Part shown: in pieces, positions 25,516-36,044 of the stretch | Layout of the letters: each line of letters starts with the position of its first letter | Position numbering within the stretch: position 1 is the stretch's first letter | Source of the DNA: Candidatus Omnitrophota bacterium | Lineage (GTDB): Bacteria > Omnitrophota > Gorgyraeia > 1-14-0-20-64-10 | Assembly (NCBI GenBank): GCA_023248095.1 | Contig: JAHFFF010000002.1 | Coordinates: 2,717 to 40,230 of the forward strand | Direction: 5' to 3' | Length of the DNA stretch: 37,514 bases | Program-made: the position numbers and the translations under genes | The notes under the pieces: generated by a model | Told to the model about the DNA's origin: nothing | The model's input: only the letters and a program-made list of their open reading frames with translations | Database searches by the model: none

Positions 25516-26328
25516 ATGATAAAACGGCTTCGACGCCACATCACAGCCGCACTTAGAGGCATCTCTCCCCGGGAATTTGAAAACCCCAGGGCCCCCTGGA
25601 GGATAAGCCCCCAGGTGACAAGGCTCATTGAACAATTGCAGCCCTACACGTTGAATGACCCCATGCGGTTGTCTCTGCTCTATGGACTGGCGCGCGAAAT
25701 CTGCGAAAGCAAACTGGCTGGCGACATTGTCGAGTGTGGCGTATGCAAGGGGGGTTCCGCCGCCCTCATGGCGACCGCAATAGCCCATTGTCCCAACCAT
25801 CGCATTTGGCTCTACGATACATTCGAGGGAATGCCTCCCCCGGGCCCAAAGGATGCCCCGCTTGCGAAAACCGAAACAGGACGGCTTGCCGTAGGTACAG
25901 AACCCCTCCTTACGCTGTTCCATAAGATTCGGTTCCCGCAAGATCGCATGGTGCTTCGCAAGGGCCTTTTCCGTGACACCTTCAGGGAGCCGCTGCCCAG
26001 CAGGATTGCCTTATTGCATATCGATGCCGACTGGCACGATAGCGTACTTTCTGCATTACAGACGTTCTATCCTGCCGTCGTTGACGGGGGCTGGATTGTC
26101 TTGGACGATTTTGGCCACTGGGAAGGCGCGCGCAGAGCCTTTTACGATTTCTGTCGAACACAGTCCGTCGAGCCCCTGTTGGAACGGGTGGGCTACACGC
26201 AAGCCCTCTGGTGTAAGGGGAGGGAAACTAACCGAGAAACGGTGGGTGCTTATTGCTATGGCATTTACCAACCTGGAAGACAGCCTGTTTCAGATCGCCC
26301 GCCGCATTGCCCCCCAGTAGAAACGTGA
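25516..26328 (+). CDS. TylF/MycF (macrocin O-methyltransferase) family methyltransferase
   Basis: 'GDIVECGVCKGGSAALMA', 'WLYDTFEGMPPP', 'LLHIDADWHDSVLSAL', 'GGWIVLDDFGHWEGARRAFYDF'. Confidence 0.85.
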   Translation: MIKRLRRHITAALRGISPREFENPRAPWRISPQVTRLIEQLQPYTLNDPMRLSLLYGLAREICESKLAGDIVECGVCKGGSAALMATAIAHCPNHRIWLYDTFEGMPPPGPKDAPLAKTETGRLAVGTEPLLTLFHKIRFPQDRMVLRKGLFRDTFREPLPSRIALLHIDADWHDSVLSALQTFYPAVVDGGWIVLDDFGHWEGARRAFYDFCRTQSVEPLLERVGYTQALWCKGRETNRETVGAYCYGIYQPGRQPVSDRPPHCPPVET

Positions 26329-27285
26329 AAACACCAGTTGGGGGTGACGCAGCAGCAACCGCAGGAGGCGCGGGAGTTGGCCCTCTCCCTGGGCCATAGA
26401 GCGGCTAATCTGATTCGGCAGGCTATTCCATTCCATCTGCTGCTTGAGAATGAACCTCTCCAAGGGGTGAAGGGACGGAAGGACTGCCCTGCATAAGTGT
26501 TCTGCCTCTTCCATCACCTGCGGCATGTCCTTGATCATCTTCGCCTGGGGATGGCTCAGACAGCGGGAAAGGATGGCGTCCATCGAGACGATCTTGAGTT
26601 GTCCCCGCCGAGCACACATCAGCTGAAGGTAGAGGGCCCAGTCGAAGACGTACTGCAGCTCTTCCCTCACTCCACCCACTTCACGAACGAGCGAGAGCCG
26701 AAGAAAGGCCGATGGCTGTGCGATTTCTAGGCCCTCTTGGGAGTGCCAAAGAAAATCGAGGACATTCCTCGGCGCGCGCGGTTTCCATCGCCTCAGAACA
26801 CGCCGGGAAGAGGCCTCGATGGTAACGGCTTCCCCTAACAAAAAATCGGGCTGATGGAGACGCCACCTCCTGCCCACCTCCACCAGAGCCCCTGGTTGCA
26901 ACTGATCATCTGAATTCAACCAGTTGAAGATTTCCCCACGGCAGCGGGTAATCCCCTTGTTGACCCCCTGTGCCTGGCCGGTGTCTTTCTCGCTGACCCA
27001 AAACGAAAGCCATTTCTCATACTTCCTTAAGATCTCCACGGAGTCGTCGGTGGATCCCCCATCGATCACAACGTACTCCAGATTGGGGTAGCCCTGCAGC
27101 AAAACCGACCGAATCGTTTCCTCGATGAATCGGCCGTAGTTGTAGTTGGTCGTCACAATGCTGATGAGCGGCCAGGGATCCCCCGTTGGAGTTTGGTCAG
27201 GGAGAGGGGTGCTTGCTTCGGTCCACGGCCAACCGCTCCTTCCGGCGGGGGCCGGTGGGATTTCCTCCAGCCGCGGGCATCTCAC
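26290..27285 (-). CDS. Glycosyltransferase family 2
   Basis: 'ISIVTTNYNYGRFIEETIRSVLLQGYPNLEYVVIDGGSTDDS', 'DTGQAQGVNKG', 'WLNSDD'. GTG start in a GTGA overlap with the upstream giant gene. Its 3' end overlaps the convergent TylF-like gene by 39 nt. Confidence 0.85.
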   Translation of the reverse strand: MRCPRLEEIPPAPAGRSGWPWTEASTPLPDQTPTGDPWPLISIVTTNYNYGRFIEETIRSVLLQGYPNLEYVVIDGGSTDDSVEILRKYEKWLSFWVSEKDTGQAQGVNKGITRCRGEIFNWLNSDDQLQPGALVEVGRRWRLHQPDFLLGEAVTIEASSRRVLRRWKPRAPRNVLDFLWHSQEGLEIAQPSAFLRLSLVREVGGVREELQYVFDWALYLQLMCARRGQLKIVSMDAILSRCLSHPQAKMIKDMPQVMEEAEHLCRAVLPSLHPLERFILKQQMEWNSLPNQISRSMAQGEGQLPRLLRLLLRHPQLVFSRFYWGAMRRAI

Positions 27286-30281
27286 GAGGCCTTCCTCCGC
27301 AGCTCATATCTTCTCAGGGACAGCCAGCTCATCGCAACGTACCATCCGTAGAAAAAACTGAGGAAGATTCCCTGGGCTCCTCCCCACAACCCCCGATGGT
27401 GAAGGAGGTTAGATTTGATCCCCCGGGCTGTCTCCAAGGCCATGGCGCCCCAGGAAAACCGCTCCCCCGTCTCATAGCGGGCCTCCCCTTCCTGTGCGAT
27501 GTAACGCCAATGCTTCTGAAAAAGCTGCCGGTAGGAATCCATCCAGTCGTGCCGGATGAAATTCTCCTCCGTCGGCGTGATTCGAATCACAGCCTCCTGC
27601 CCAGGCACCTCCATGCCCCGATGAACATACGGGTGCAGCCGGACGATTCCCCTCCGGATCAAGATCCTTTTCCACTTATCCTTCCCCCCCCACACCGAAT
27701 GATCCAACGGCTGGCCTTTGAAGAAAAATCTCCAGGGAGCCTCCACCGCCGCCGCCATCGGGTTCCTTCGAGCCGCCTCCTGAAGTTGGGCCGCCAGACC
27801 GGGTGGAATCGCCTCATCCGGATCCAAGAGCAGCACCCAGTCGTTTTTAATCTGGGCGAGGGCAAACTGACGGACTTGCTCCACCACCGGAACCCGTGCA
27901 TGGCGAATAACCTTAGCGCCAAACTGGCTGGCGATTCGGGCAGAGGCATCTCGCGATTCCAGATCCACCACGACGATCTCGTCGCAAAACACAAGACTGG
28001 CCAGACAGCGCGGCAACCAGCGCTCCTCATTGCAGACAACCACCACCGCACTGATCCTAGCGGGGGGCAGAAAGGTCTTCGTTCCGGTTCCCAAAAAGCG
28101 GTCCATCTGCCGCACATCCTCCAGGTCCTTGAGTCCTCCTCGCTTTCTTTTCATCTCACGGACGATTCGAAGGGAGGCAAATTTCATGCCGTCGTAATAA
28201 AAATGGTTCTCCGGATTGAACAGGATGTCGTCCAGACCGGTGACATGGTTGTGCATTTCCTCGTTGTGACTACTGATGTCAGGGGTGCCCGACCTCACCC
28301 CTTCATAGCCGGATTGAAGGAAATCCAGATCGTGGACGTCGCGAATACCGTAGACAGCAAGGATGGCGCTGCTGTCCAGACAGAAGCGCTCCGAATCGGC
28401 TCCAATTCGTCCTAACCATTCTTTGTACATAGTGAAAAGTCGCTCGAAGGTGGGGTGGTGCTGGGGACGGGCCGAGTTAAAGAAATGGATGCTGTTTTCA
28501 TTGAGAAGCGCCCTCGCCAGTCGGAGGGTTCCTTCGTGCGTATCGTTCACATGGACGGCGTCGTTCCCAATGCCGAAAAGGTGTCGAACCCTTTCCTTCA
28601 TTTCCCGGAGACGCCCTGGTTGGTCCGACTGAAGGACAAAAATCCGCAGAGGACCCTCCTTCTGAAAGCAGGCCTCCATCTTGCTGCGAGCCCCCGCGAA
28701 GCTGTTCTCCCATCCTCCCAACCATTTCTCGCTGGCGTAAATCAGGCGGATCAAAAGCACGGGGCCCTCATTCTTCAGGGGTATATCCTTGCGGTAATAG
28801 ATGCGGCAGTACTCCCGTAGAATCTCCTCGATCTCCTCGTCCCGCCCGGATGCAGATGGGAAAACGATCGCCAAGAAACTGTCCTCCCGCAAACGGCAGT
28901 ATTCCAGTGCCATGGCGTCGCTCCATTTCGTCTGCAGACCTCTTCGGCCAAAAATGGCGTAGTCGAAATTCTGGTATTTCATATCCACCGAAAGACACGG
29001 AACATCCCGATCATAAAGGAGGCAGGCTGCCACCCGGTGAGACCCATCGATGACCACGTTGTCCCGGTCGATCGGAACCCACGAGAGATCTTCTCGGGCC
29101 CCTTCCTGCCGGACAGAGTCCAGGATTTGGTCGAATGCCTGCAGGAAAGCGGACAGCCCTATTTTTCCAGAGCTGTCCCCCTCCACGAACTCGTTGAATG
29201 CCTGCAGGTGCGCCGCGTAGAGCTGTCTGCCCCAGTCACTCTGTATTCGCAGGTGCCGATGCTTGGCATAGATGTATTTCGCCATCAGATCAAACCGCCT
29301 CTCGCTGAGCAAGGACCGCGGGTCCAGGGTAAGGTACCGCAGGCGACACGGACGCGCGAGAAGGGGTACCAAGGTGGGATTCAGCTTCGAAGCAGCTTCG
29401 GCGGCGGTCACTTCTCGGGGCTGGCCAGGTTCCCGAAGAACCATGGACTGGCCCCCTTTCTCCATAAAAAGGTCTTGCCCGTTATCCAAAAAGAGGGCAT
29501 TCCCCTGGCTCTTCAGAAACGCGAGAATGGCCGCGCGGTCCTGTCCGTACTCCACCACCAGCATCTGCGGCGCAAACCGGGAGAAGTCCAGACTTTGAAG
29601 AACAGCCAGGTTAAACCCCTCCGTGTCGATGGAAATCAGATCGACATCCTTCACCCCCTGCTCTTCCAGAAGCTGGGTTAAATTCCAAACAGGCACCCTT
29701 TCCTTCCGCCAGCGGGGAGCATAGGATTTCCATCGATCTTTCTCGCTTTCCACGAACGTTGCAACGTCGCTGCCCCACTCCGGCAGATGTGGATAGGAGG
29801 AAACGTGTATGTCTGCTTCGCCGGTCACCGGACCGATGGCGCCATGAACGCACCGAACCGGAAAACCGCGGTAGGACCGCTGGAGCTTCTTGAAATTCGA
29901 ACGGACCGGCTCGATTGAAATCCCCGCCCAACCATGCCGTTCCGCCAGGCGCCGCACGTTGCTGTAATGAACACCGTCGAACGCCCCCACCTCGACGAAG
30001 AACCTGCAACGCGGCGGATGGCTTCTGAAGTAGCCCTCGATGACCTCGTCCTGACCGGATTGAGCGTAAAACCCCCGCATCTGCTTGGGAAACTCACGAG
30101 CAAACCAGAATTCCGGCTGGAGAATCATCACGGCGGCACAGGCCCTCTCGGCCAGGGAATTCCAGCCGAGCCTGTGGAACAACTTCGCCGCCAACCAAAG
30201 GAGCCGCCACAATCCCAGAAAATTCAGGAAGCGGCTCCTCCTCAGGAGCCCTTTCAATATCCGACGCAAGCGGGGCTTCAC
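27282..30281 (-). CDS. Multidomain protein: N-terminal hydrophobic segment, FkbM-family methyltransferase, about 430 aa unassigned central region, C-terminal GT2 (WaaE-like)
   Basis: FkbM domain: 'FVEVGAFDGVHYSNVRRLAERHGWAGISIEPVRSNFKKLQRS' and 'VDLISIDTEGFNLAVLQSL' (about 29544-30005). GT2 domain: 'ISAVVVVCNEERWLPRCLASL..IVVVDLESRD', 'LLLDPDEAIP' (about 27354-28058). The centre contains 'VIDGSHRVAAC' and 'SSAILAVYGIRDVHDLDF'. Preferred start is the GTG at 30281 (GTGA overlap with the TagF-like stop, GGGGAGAG upstream). The track start at 30353 would add 24 aa. Confidence 0.8.
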   Translation of the reverse strand: MKPRLRRILKGLLRRSRFLNFLGLWRLLWLAAKLFHRLGWNSLAERACAAVMILQPEFWFAREFPKQMRGFYAQSGQDEVIEGYFRSHPPRCRFFVEVGAFDGVHYSNVRRLAERHGWAGISIEPVRSNFKKLQRSYRGFPVRCVHGAIGPVTGEADIHVSSYPHLPEWGSDVATFVESEKDRWKSYAPRWRKERVPVWNLTQLLEEQGVKDVDLISIDTEGFNLAVLQSLDFSRFAPQMLVVEYGQDRAAILAFLKSQGNALFLDNGQDLFMEKGGQSMVLREPGQPREVTAAEAASKLNPTLVPLLARPCRLRYLTLDPRSLLSERRFDLMAKYIYAKHRHLRIQSDWGRQLYAAHLQAFNEFVEGDSSGKIGLSAFLQAFDQILDSVRQEGAREDLSWVPIDRDNVVIDGSHRVAACLLYDRDVPCLSVDMKYQNFDYAIFGRRGLQTKWSDAMALEYCRLREDSFLAIVFPSASGRDEEIEEILREYCRIYYRKDIPLKNEGPVLLIRLIYASEKWLGGWENSFAGARSKMEACFQKEGPLRIFVLQSDQPGRLREMKERVRHLFGIGNDAVHVNDTHEGTLRLARALLNENSIHFFNSARPQHHPTFERLFTMYKEWLGRIGADSERFCLDSSAILAVYGIRDVHDLDFLQSGYEGVRSGTPDISSHNEEMHNHVTGLDDILFNPENHFYYDGMKFASLRIVREMKRKRGGLKDLEDVRQMDRFLGTGTKTFLPPARISAVVVVCNEERWLPRCLASLVFCDEIVVVDLESRDASARIASQFGAKVIRHARVPVVEQVRQFALAQIKNDWVLLLDPDEAIPPGLAAQLQEAARRNPMAAAVEAPWRFFFKGQPLDHSVWGGKDKWKRILIRRGIVRLHPYVHRGMEVPGQEAVIRITPTEENFIRHDWMDSYRQLFQKHWRYIAQEGEARYETGERFSWGAMALETARGIKSNLLHHRGLWGGAQGIFLSFFYGWYVAMSWLSLRRYELRRKAS

Positions 30282-31552
30282 ACCCAATCTCTCCCCTGAA
30301 GACAGCGGCTTAATTCCACGGCCTTCGCCCAACGCGCAGACTGTGGGCCGCACATCCTTCCCAAGGTGAGAAGGACCCTCACAACACGCTGGGCTGCCTC
30401 GCCCGCATACGGAAGAAAGGCCTTCTTCAATCTAAGTCTCCCTATCCGATGCCGCTCCGGGTGCCCCAGCGCGTGACGGCACTTCTCCGCCAGTCCTTCC
30501 AAGTCGGTAAAAGAATCCGCACCCTCTCGATACATCTGGTGCACCTGAGGGTCGAAGAAGGAAAATTGCGGATTGTCGAAAAATAGAATGGGACGGTCGA
30601 GGAGGGTGAATTCTATCAGGATGGAGCTGTGATCGGCCATCAGCAGGTCGGCCGCATTGAGATAGGGCATCTCGTTCTCATCCTGCAGAACTCGGAAGTG
30701 TGGATGCCGTCTCTGCAAAGACTCCAGTTCTTCTAGCGCAAGTGACTGGGTCGGCGAATCCTCCGCATGAATCCTTATCCAGAATCCCTCATGGGCAATC
30801 TGAATGACATTGTACTCACTCGCCTCTCGTAGTAACCGATGGGCAACCTCTGCCCCCCAAGCCCCCAAGAGGGACTGGGGACACCAGTGGCTGCTGATCA
30901 GAATCGTTTTGCGGTTCGTCGGGAGCCCAAGGTTACTCAAGGTTTGCTCTCTGGAGAATCTCCCCTGGATCAGCGCATCCCCCTTGGGGAACCCCACAGG
31001 GAAGAAAAGGCGGGATCCATCAGCAAACAGCGGTGGCGCCGCATTTCGTAAATAGGACAGCTCAGCCTCCGAGAAACCGAAATAGAGCCGGAATTGGGGA
31101 CTTGCGGCCCTTTTAATCGAGTCTGTTTCGATACCAAAGCCGGTGCCATGATTCAAGAATGTGTGGGTCGAATCCCGAAGGAACCATTTATCGCACAGGT
31201 GTGGATAAATAACGTAATGCCACTTGGATAAACTGGCCCAGACCCTACTCACTCCGTACTTCTTCCAAACCGCGTTGAATTCTGCCGTGGGGGGCATCCT
31301 TCCACCGACCGTCATCAGAAGACCGATCTGGACGGCTGGCTCCTGCTTGAGTGCCTCGATTACAGGGAGAGCGCTGTAGAAACCATTTGGCGTACTGAGC
31401 ACAAATAGGATACGGAGCGGACCGATTCTCTCGTAGAGGGCATCATCGATTCGACGCAGGAGGGCGCCAATCCGGCTGTCCCGGAGGCCCTTCAGGCGTT
31501 TGACGAACCGTTTGGATATCTCCACAGGCTTTAGTTTACCAGAAGAAATCAA
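30278..31552 (-). CDS. CDP-glycerol glycerophosphotransferase family protein (TagB/TagF-like)
   Basis: C-terminal 'NAADLLMADHSSILIEFTLLDRPILFFDNP' (the family's 'DYSS...D.P.i.F' region) and 'ILISSHWCPQSL'. Apparent TTG start. Confidence 0.65.
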   Translation of the reverse strand: MISSGKLKPVEISKRFVKRLKGLRDSRIGALLRRIDDALYERIGPLRILFVLSTPNGFYSALPVIEALKQEPAVQIGLLMTVGGRMPPTAEFNAVWKKYGVSRVWASLSKWHYVIYPHLCDKWFLRDSTHTFLNHGTGFGIETDSIKRAASPQFRLYFGFSEAELSYLRNAAPPLFADGSRLFFPVGFPKGDALIQGRFSREQTLSNLGLPTNRKTILISSHWCPQSLLGAWGAEVAHRLLREASEYNVIQIAHEGFWIRIHAEDSPTQSLALEELESLQRRHPHFRVLQDENEMPYLNAADLLMADHSSILIEFTLLDRPILFFDNPQFSFFDPQVHQMYREGADSFTDLEGLAEKCRHALGHPERHRIGRLRLKKAFLPYAGEAAQRVVRVLLTLGRMCGPQSARWAKAVELSRCLQGRDWV

Positions 31553-31639
31553 ACCTGCTAAAATAAGCGTCGTGGTTTCCCCTGAAAGGTTCCGCCACTC
31601 TAAGAGGCGCTTGTCCGTTTACCCCGGGTATCGTGTCGA
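31553..31639. promoter_or_regulatory. Divergent intergenic region between the TagF-like operon (-) and gmd-fcl (+) (promoters presumed)
   Basis: 87-nt non-coding gap between divergent gene blocks. No confident promoter hexamers identified. Confidence 0.3.
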
Positions 31640-33594
<1,955 letters not shown>

Positions 33595-33620
33595 CCCTGG
33601 AACTTTTTCCAGAGGGTTTT
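33595..33620 (+). terminator. Candidate intrinsic terminator after fcl
   Basis: CCCTGGAA-CTTT-TTCCAG(A)GG hairpin (8 bp with one bulge) followed by G-TTTT, immediately after the fcl stop codon. The T tract is short. Confidence 0.4.
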
Positions 33621-33639
33621 ACACATTTGGGGAACTTGA

Positions 33640-35535
33640 ATGGCAGACGAAAGAGAATTTGATCTCTCCGATGAGGGGCAGGCCCCGCACCACATCGTCC
33701 AGATAGATAAAGAGGGGCTGATGCGGGTCTTAAGGACCCGGGACCTCTTTGCCCTCGGGTTCAGCGACGTCGGCTCCTCCATCTATTACGCCCTGGGGGT
33801 CACCACCCTCTACGCCCTGGGAGCAACCCCTCTTGCCCTGGCCCTGGCCGGCATCGCCTTCTTCTGCACCACCCTGACCTACGCCGAGATGGCCTCCGCT
33901 CTGCCGGAGGCCGGCGGTTCTGCCAGCTTCGCACGGCATGCCTTCAACGATCTAGTTTCCTTCATTGCCGGCTGGGCCCTTCTCCTGGATTACATCGTGA
34001 CGATCGCGATCTCCGCCTTCACCGTGGGCCCATACCTGGCTTATTTCTTCCCGCCCTTAAAGCTGGCCTTCGCAAATATCCCCTTCAGCCTGATGGTGCT
34101 GGGAGTGCTTCTCACCCTCAACATCATCGGGATCAAGGAGTCCACCCGTATTTCGCTGCTCCTGTGCCTCTTTGCCATTGCCACCCAGTTGACGATCATC
34201 GTCATCGGCGCGCTGTTCCTGCTTAATCTGCCTTACCTAGCACACCACATGCGAATCGGGGTATTGGGAATGGATTGGTCCCCGACGTGGCCTCAGTTCT
34301 GGAAGGGGGTCTCGATGGCCATGGTGGCCTACATCGGGATTGAGTCCATCGCCCAGTTGGGGGGGGAGGCGCGTCGGCCTGGTCGAACAGTTCCTCGCGC
34401 AATGCTGCTGACGATGGCAACCCTGTTCGTGATGTACTTTGGAATCTCGACCATCGCCCTCTCTGCCATCCATCCGAAGATTCTTTCCACCCAGTATCTG
34501 GCGGATCCGCTGGCTGGAATCGCCGCCGCCTTGCCGGTGGGAAGTCGATTCCTAGCGCCGTGGGTTGGGATTTTGGGAGCCACCATCCTGTTCGTGGCGG
34601 CCAACGCCGGATTGATCGGCGCCTCCCGGATGACCTTCGCCATGGGGGAATACTATCAGGTCCCAAGGGTCTTCTACCGGCTCCATCCCAAGTTCAGGAC
34701 GCCGTATGTTTCCCTAGCGATGTTCGCCGGGCTGGCGGCCATCGTGATCCTGGTCGCCAAGCAGCTGACCTTTATCGCCGATCTTTACAATTTCGGCGCG
34801 ATGCTGGCCTTCAGCCTGGCCCATCTTTCCCTGTTGGGTTTGCGGGTACGCCAGCCGAATCTTGAGCGGCCGTTCAAGATCCCCTTCAACATTAGGTTCG
34901 GCCGAAGCAAGCTGCCGATCACCGCCATCATCGGTTTGCTGTCCACCATCGCCGTCTGGATCGACGTCGTGATCAGCAAGCCGGCCGGCCGGAATCTCGG
35001 CTTCGTCTGGATGGGGGTCGGCCTGATCTGCTATCTCGCCTACCGCAAGAAACAGCGGATCTCTGCCACCGGCCGCGTGGAGATCGAACGGGTCAAGATG
35101 CCGGAGTTTGAGGCGCTGAAAACCCGAAGAATCCTGGTGCCTACTCTCGGGGGGACCTATACGGAGAACCTGCAGATGGCCTGCGAATTGGCCAAGACCC
35201 GCGGGGCGGATGTTACCGCTTTGTACGTGATCGAAATCCCCGCCACCCTTCCGCTCGATACCTTTTTGCCGGACCGGCTGGCCGACGCGGACGTGGCCTT
35301 GAAAAGGGCTCAGGCCATCGGACGAGAGTTTGAAGTGGCGGTAGCCACCAACCTCCTGCAGGCTCGATCGGCAGGGCAGGCGATTGTGGACCTGGCCAAG
35401 GAGAAAAAGTACGACGCGATCATTATGGGAACCTCTTACCGTCGCGGCGCCTCCGCCTGGCTCGGGGCCACGACGGAGTACGTCATCCGCAACGCCCCCT
35501 GCCGGGTCCTGATCTGCAAAGCCGCCACGAAGTGA
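33640..35535 (+). CDS. APC-superfamily amino acid/polyamine permease fused to a C-terminal universal stress protein (USP) domain
   Basis: About 12 hydrophobic helices with 'GSSIYYALG' and 'LTYAEMASALPEAGGSASF'. C-terminal 'ILVPTLGG..ALYVIE...AIIMGTSYRRGASAWLGATTEYVIRNAPCRVLI' (USP ATP-binding type motif). Confidence 0.85.
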   Translation: MADEREFDLSDEGQAPHHIVQIDKEGLMRVLRTRDLFALGFSDVGSSIYYALGVTTLYALGATPLALALAGIAFFCTTLTYAEMASALPEAGGSASFARHAFNDLVSFIAGWALLLDYIVTIAISAFTVGPYLAYFFPPLKLAFANIPFSLMVLGVLLTLNIIGIKESTRISLLLCLFAIATQLTIIVIGALFLLNLPYLAHHMRIGVLGMDWSPTWPQFWKGVSMAMVAYIGIESIAQLGGEARRPGRTVPRAMLLTMATLFVMYFGISTIALSAIHPKILSTQYLADPLAGIAAALPVGSRFLAPWVGILGATILFVAANAGLIGASRMTFAMGEYYQVPRVFYRLHPKFRTPYVSLAMFAGLAAIVILVAKQLTFIADLYNFGAMLAFSLAHLSLLGLRVRQPNLERPFKIPFNIRFGRSKLPITAIIGLLSTIAVWIDVVISKPAGRNLGFVWMGVGLICYLAYRKKQRISATGRVEIERVKMPEFEALKTRRILVPTLGGTYTENLQMACELAKTRGADVTALYVIEIPATLPLDTFLPDRLADADVALKRAQAIGREFEVAVATNLLQARSAGQAIVDLAKEKKYDAIIMGTSYRRGASAWLGATTEYVIRNAPCRVLICKAATK

Positions 35536-35551
35536 TACAATAGCGCATCCT

Positions 35552-35623
35552 GCCGAGGTAGCTCAGTGGTAGAGCGCGGCTCTGAAAAAGCCGGCGTGGG
35601 CAGTTCGATTCTGCCCCTCGGCA
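35552..35623 (+). tRNA. tRNA-Phe (anticodon GAA)
   Basis: Acceptor GCCGAGG/CCTCGGC, D arm GCTC..GAGC, anticodon stem CGGCT/AGCCG with loop CTGAAAA, T arm GGCAG-TTCGATT-CTGCC, discriminator A. No encoded CCA. Confidence 0.9.
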
Positions 35624-35642
35624 CAACACCTTCTGAAAGTCC

Positions 35643-36044
35643 ATGGTCCGAATCCTGTTTCTTTGTGTTGAAAACGCGGGGCGATCGAAGATGGCGGAGG
35701 CCTTTGCTCGACGGCTCGCTCCCTCTGGAATCGAGGTGTTCAGTGCGGGCTCACGCCCCGCCCAGCAAATACATCCTGCTGTTCTGGCGGCGATGCGGGA
35801 GGTTGGCATCGAGTTGGGGGACCAAATTCCGAAGGGATTGGAATCTCTTCCCGCGGAGCAGTTCGATGCCGTTGTGGAGATGGGTTGTGGCGATGCCTGC
35901 CCAACCCAGGGTGGCAAGCGCATGATCTCCTGGGATATTCCCAACCCCAAGGATCAGTCCCTGGAGGTCGTCCGCCAAATTCGAAATCAGATCGAAGAGA
36001 AGGTCCGGGATTTGCTATCGAAACTCCCATTCCACCAGTCGTAG
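35643..36044 (+). CDS. LMW-PTP-fold arsenate reductase-like protein (ArsC type with CVxNAGRS and GCGDxCP motifs)
   Basis: 'ILFLCVENAGRSKMAEAF' (CX5R-S P-loop) and 'VEMGCGDACP', 133 aa. Confidence 0.7.
   Translation: MVRILFLCVENAGRSKMAEAFARRLAPSGIEVFSAGSRPAQQIHPAVLAAMREVGIELGDQIPKGLESLPAEQFDAVVEMGCGDACPTQGGKRMISWDIPNPKDQSLEVVRQIRNQIEEKVRDLLSKLPFHQS

Noticed and set aside
27186-28415. 409-aa ORF antisense to the GT2 domain of the giant multidomain gene
   Set aside because: Same reasoning. The opposite strand encodes a well-supported GT2 domain, and this frame translates to Pro/Arg/Gly/His-rich sequence with no motif.
35643-36044. LMW-PTP as the cognate Wzb phosphatase of the tyrosine autokinase at 1..932
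   Set aside because: The motif set 'CVENAGRS' plus 'GCGDACP' fits the ArsC-type (arsenate reductase / arsenate-thiol transferase) branch rather than Wzb ('C.GNICRS'). The gene is 35 kb away, beyond a candidate terminator, a permease and a tRNA. This was not excluded experimentally.
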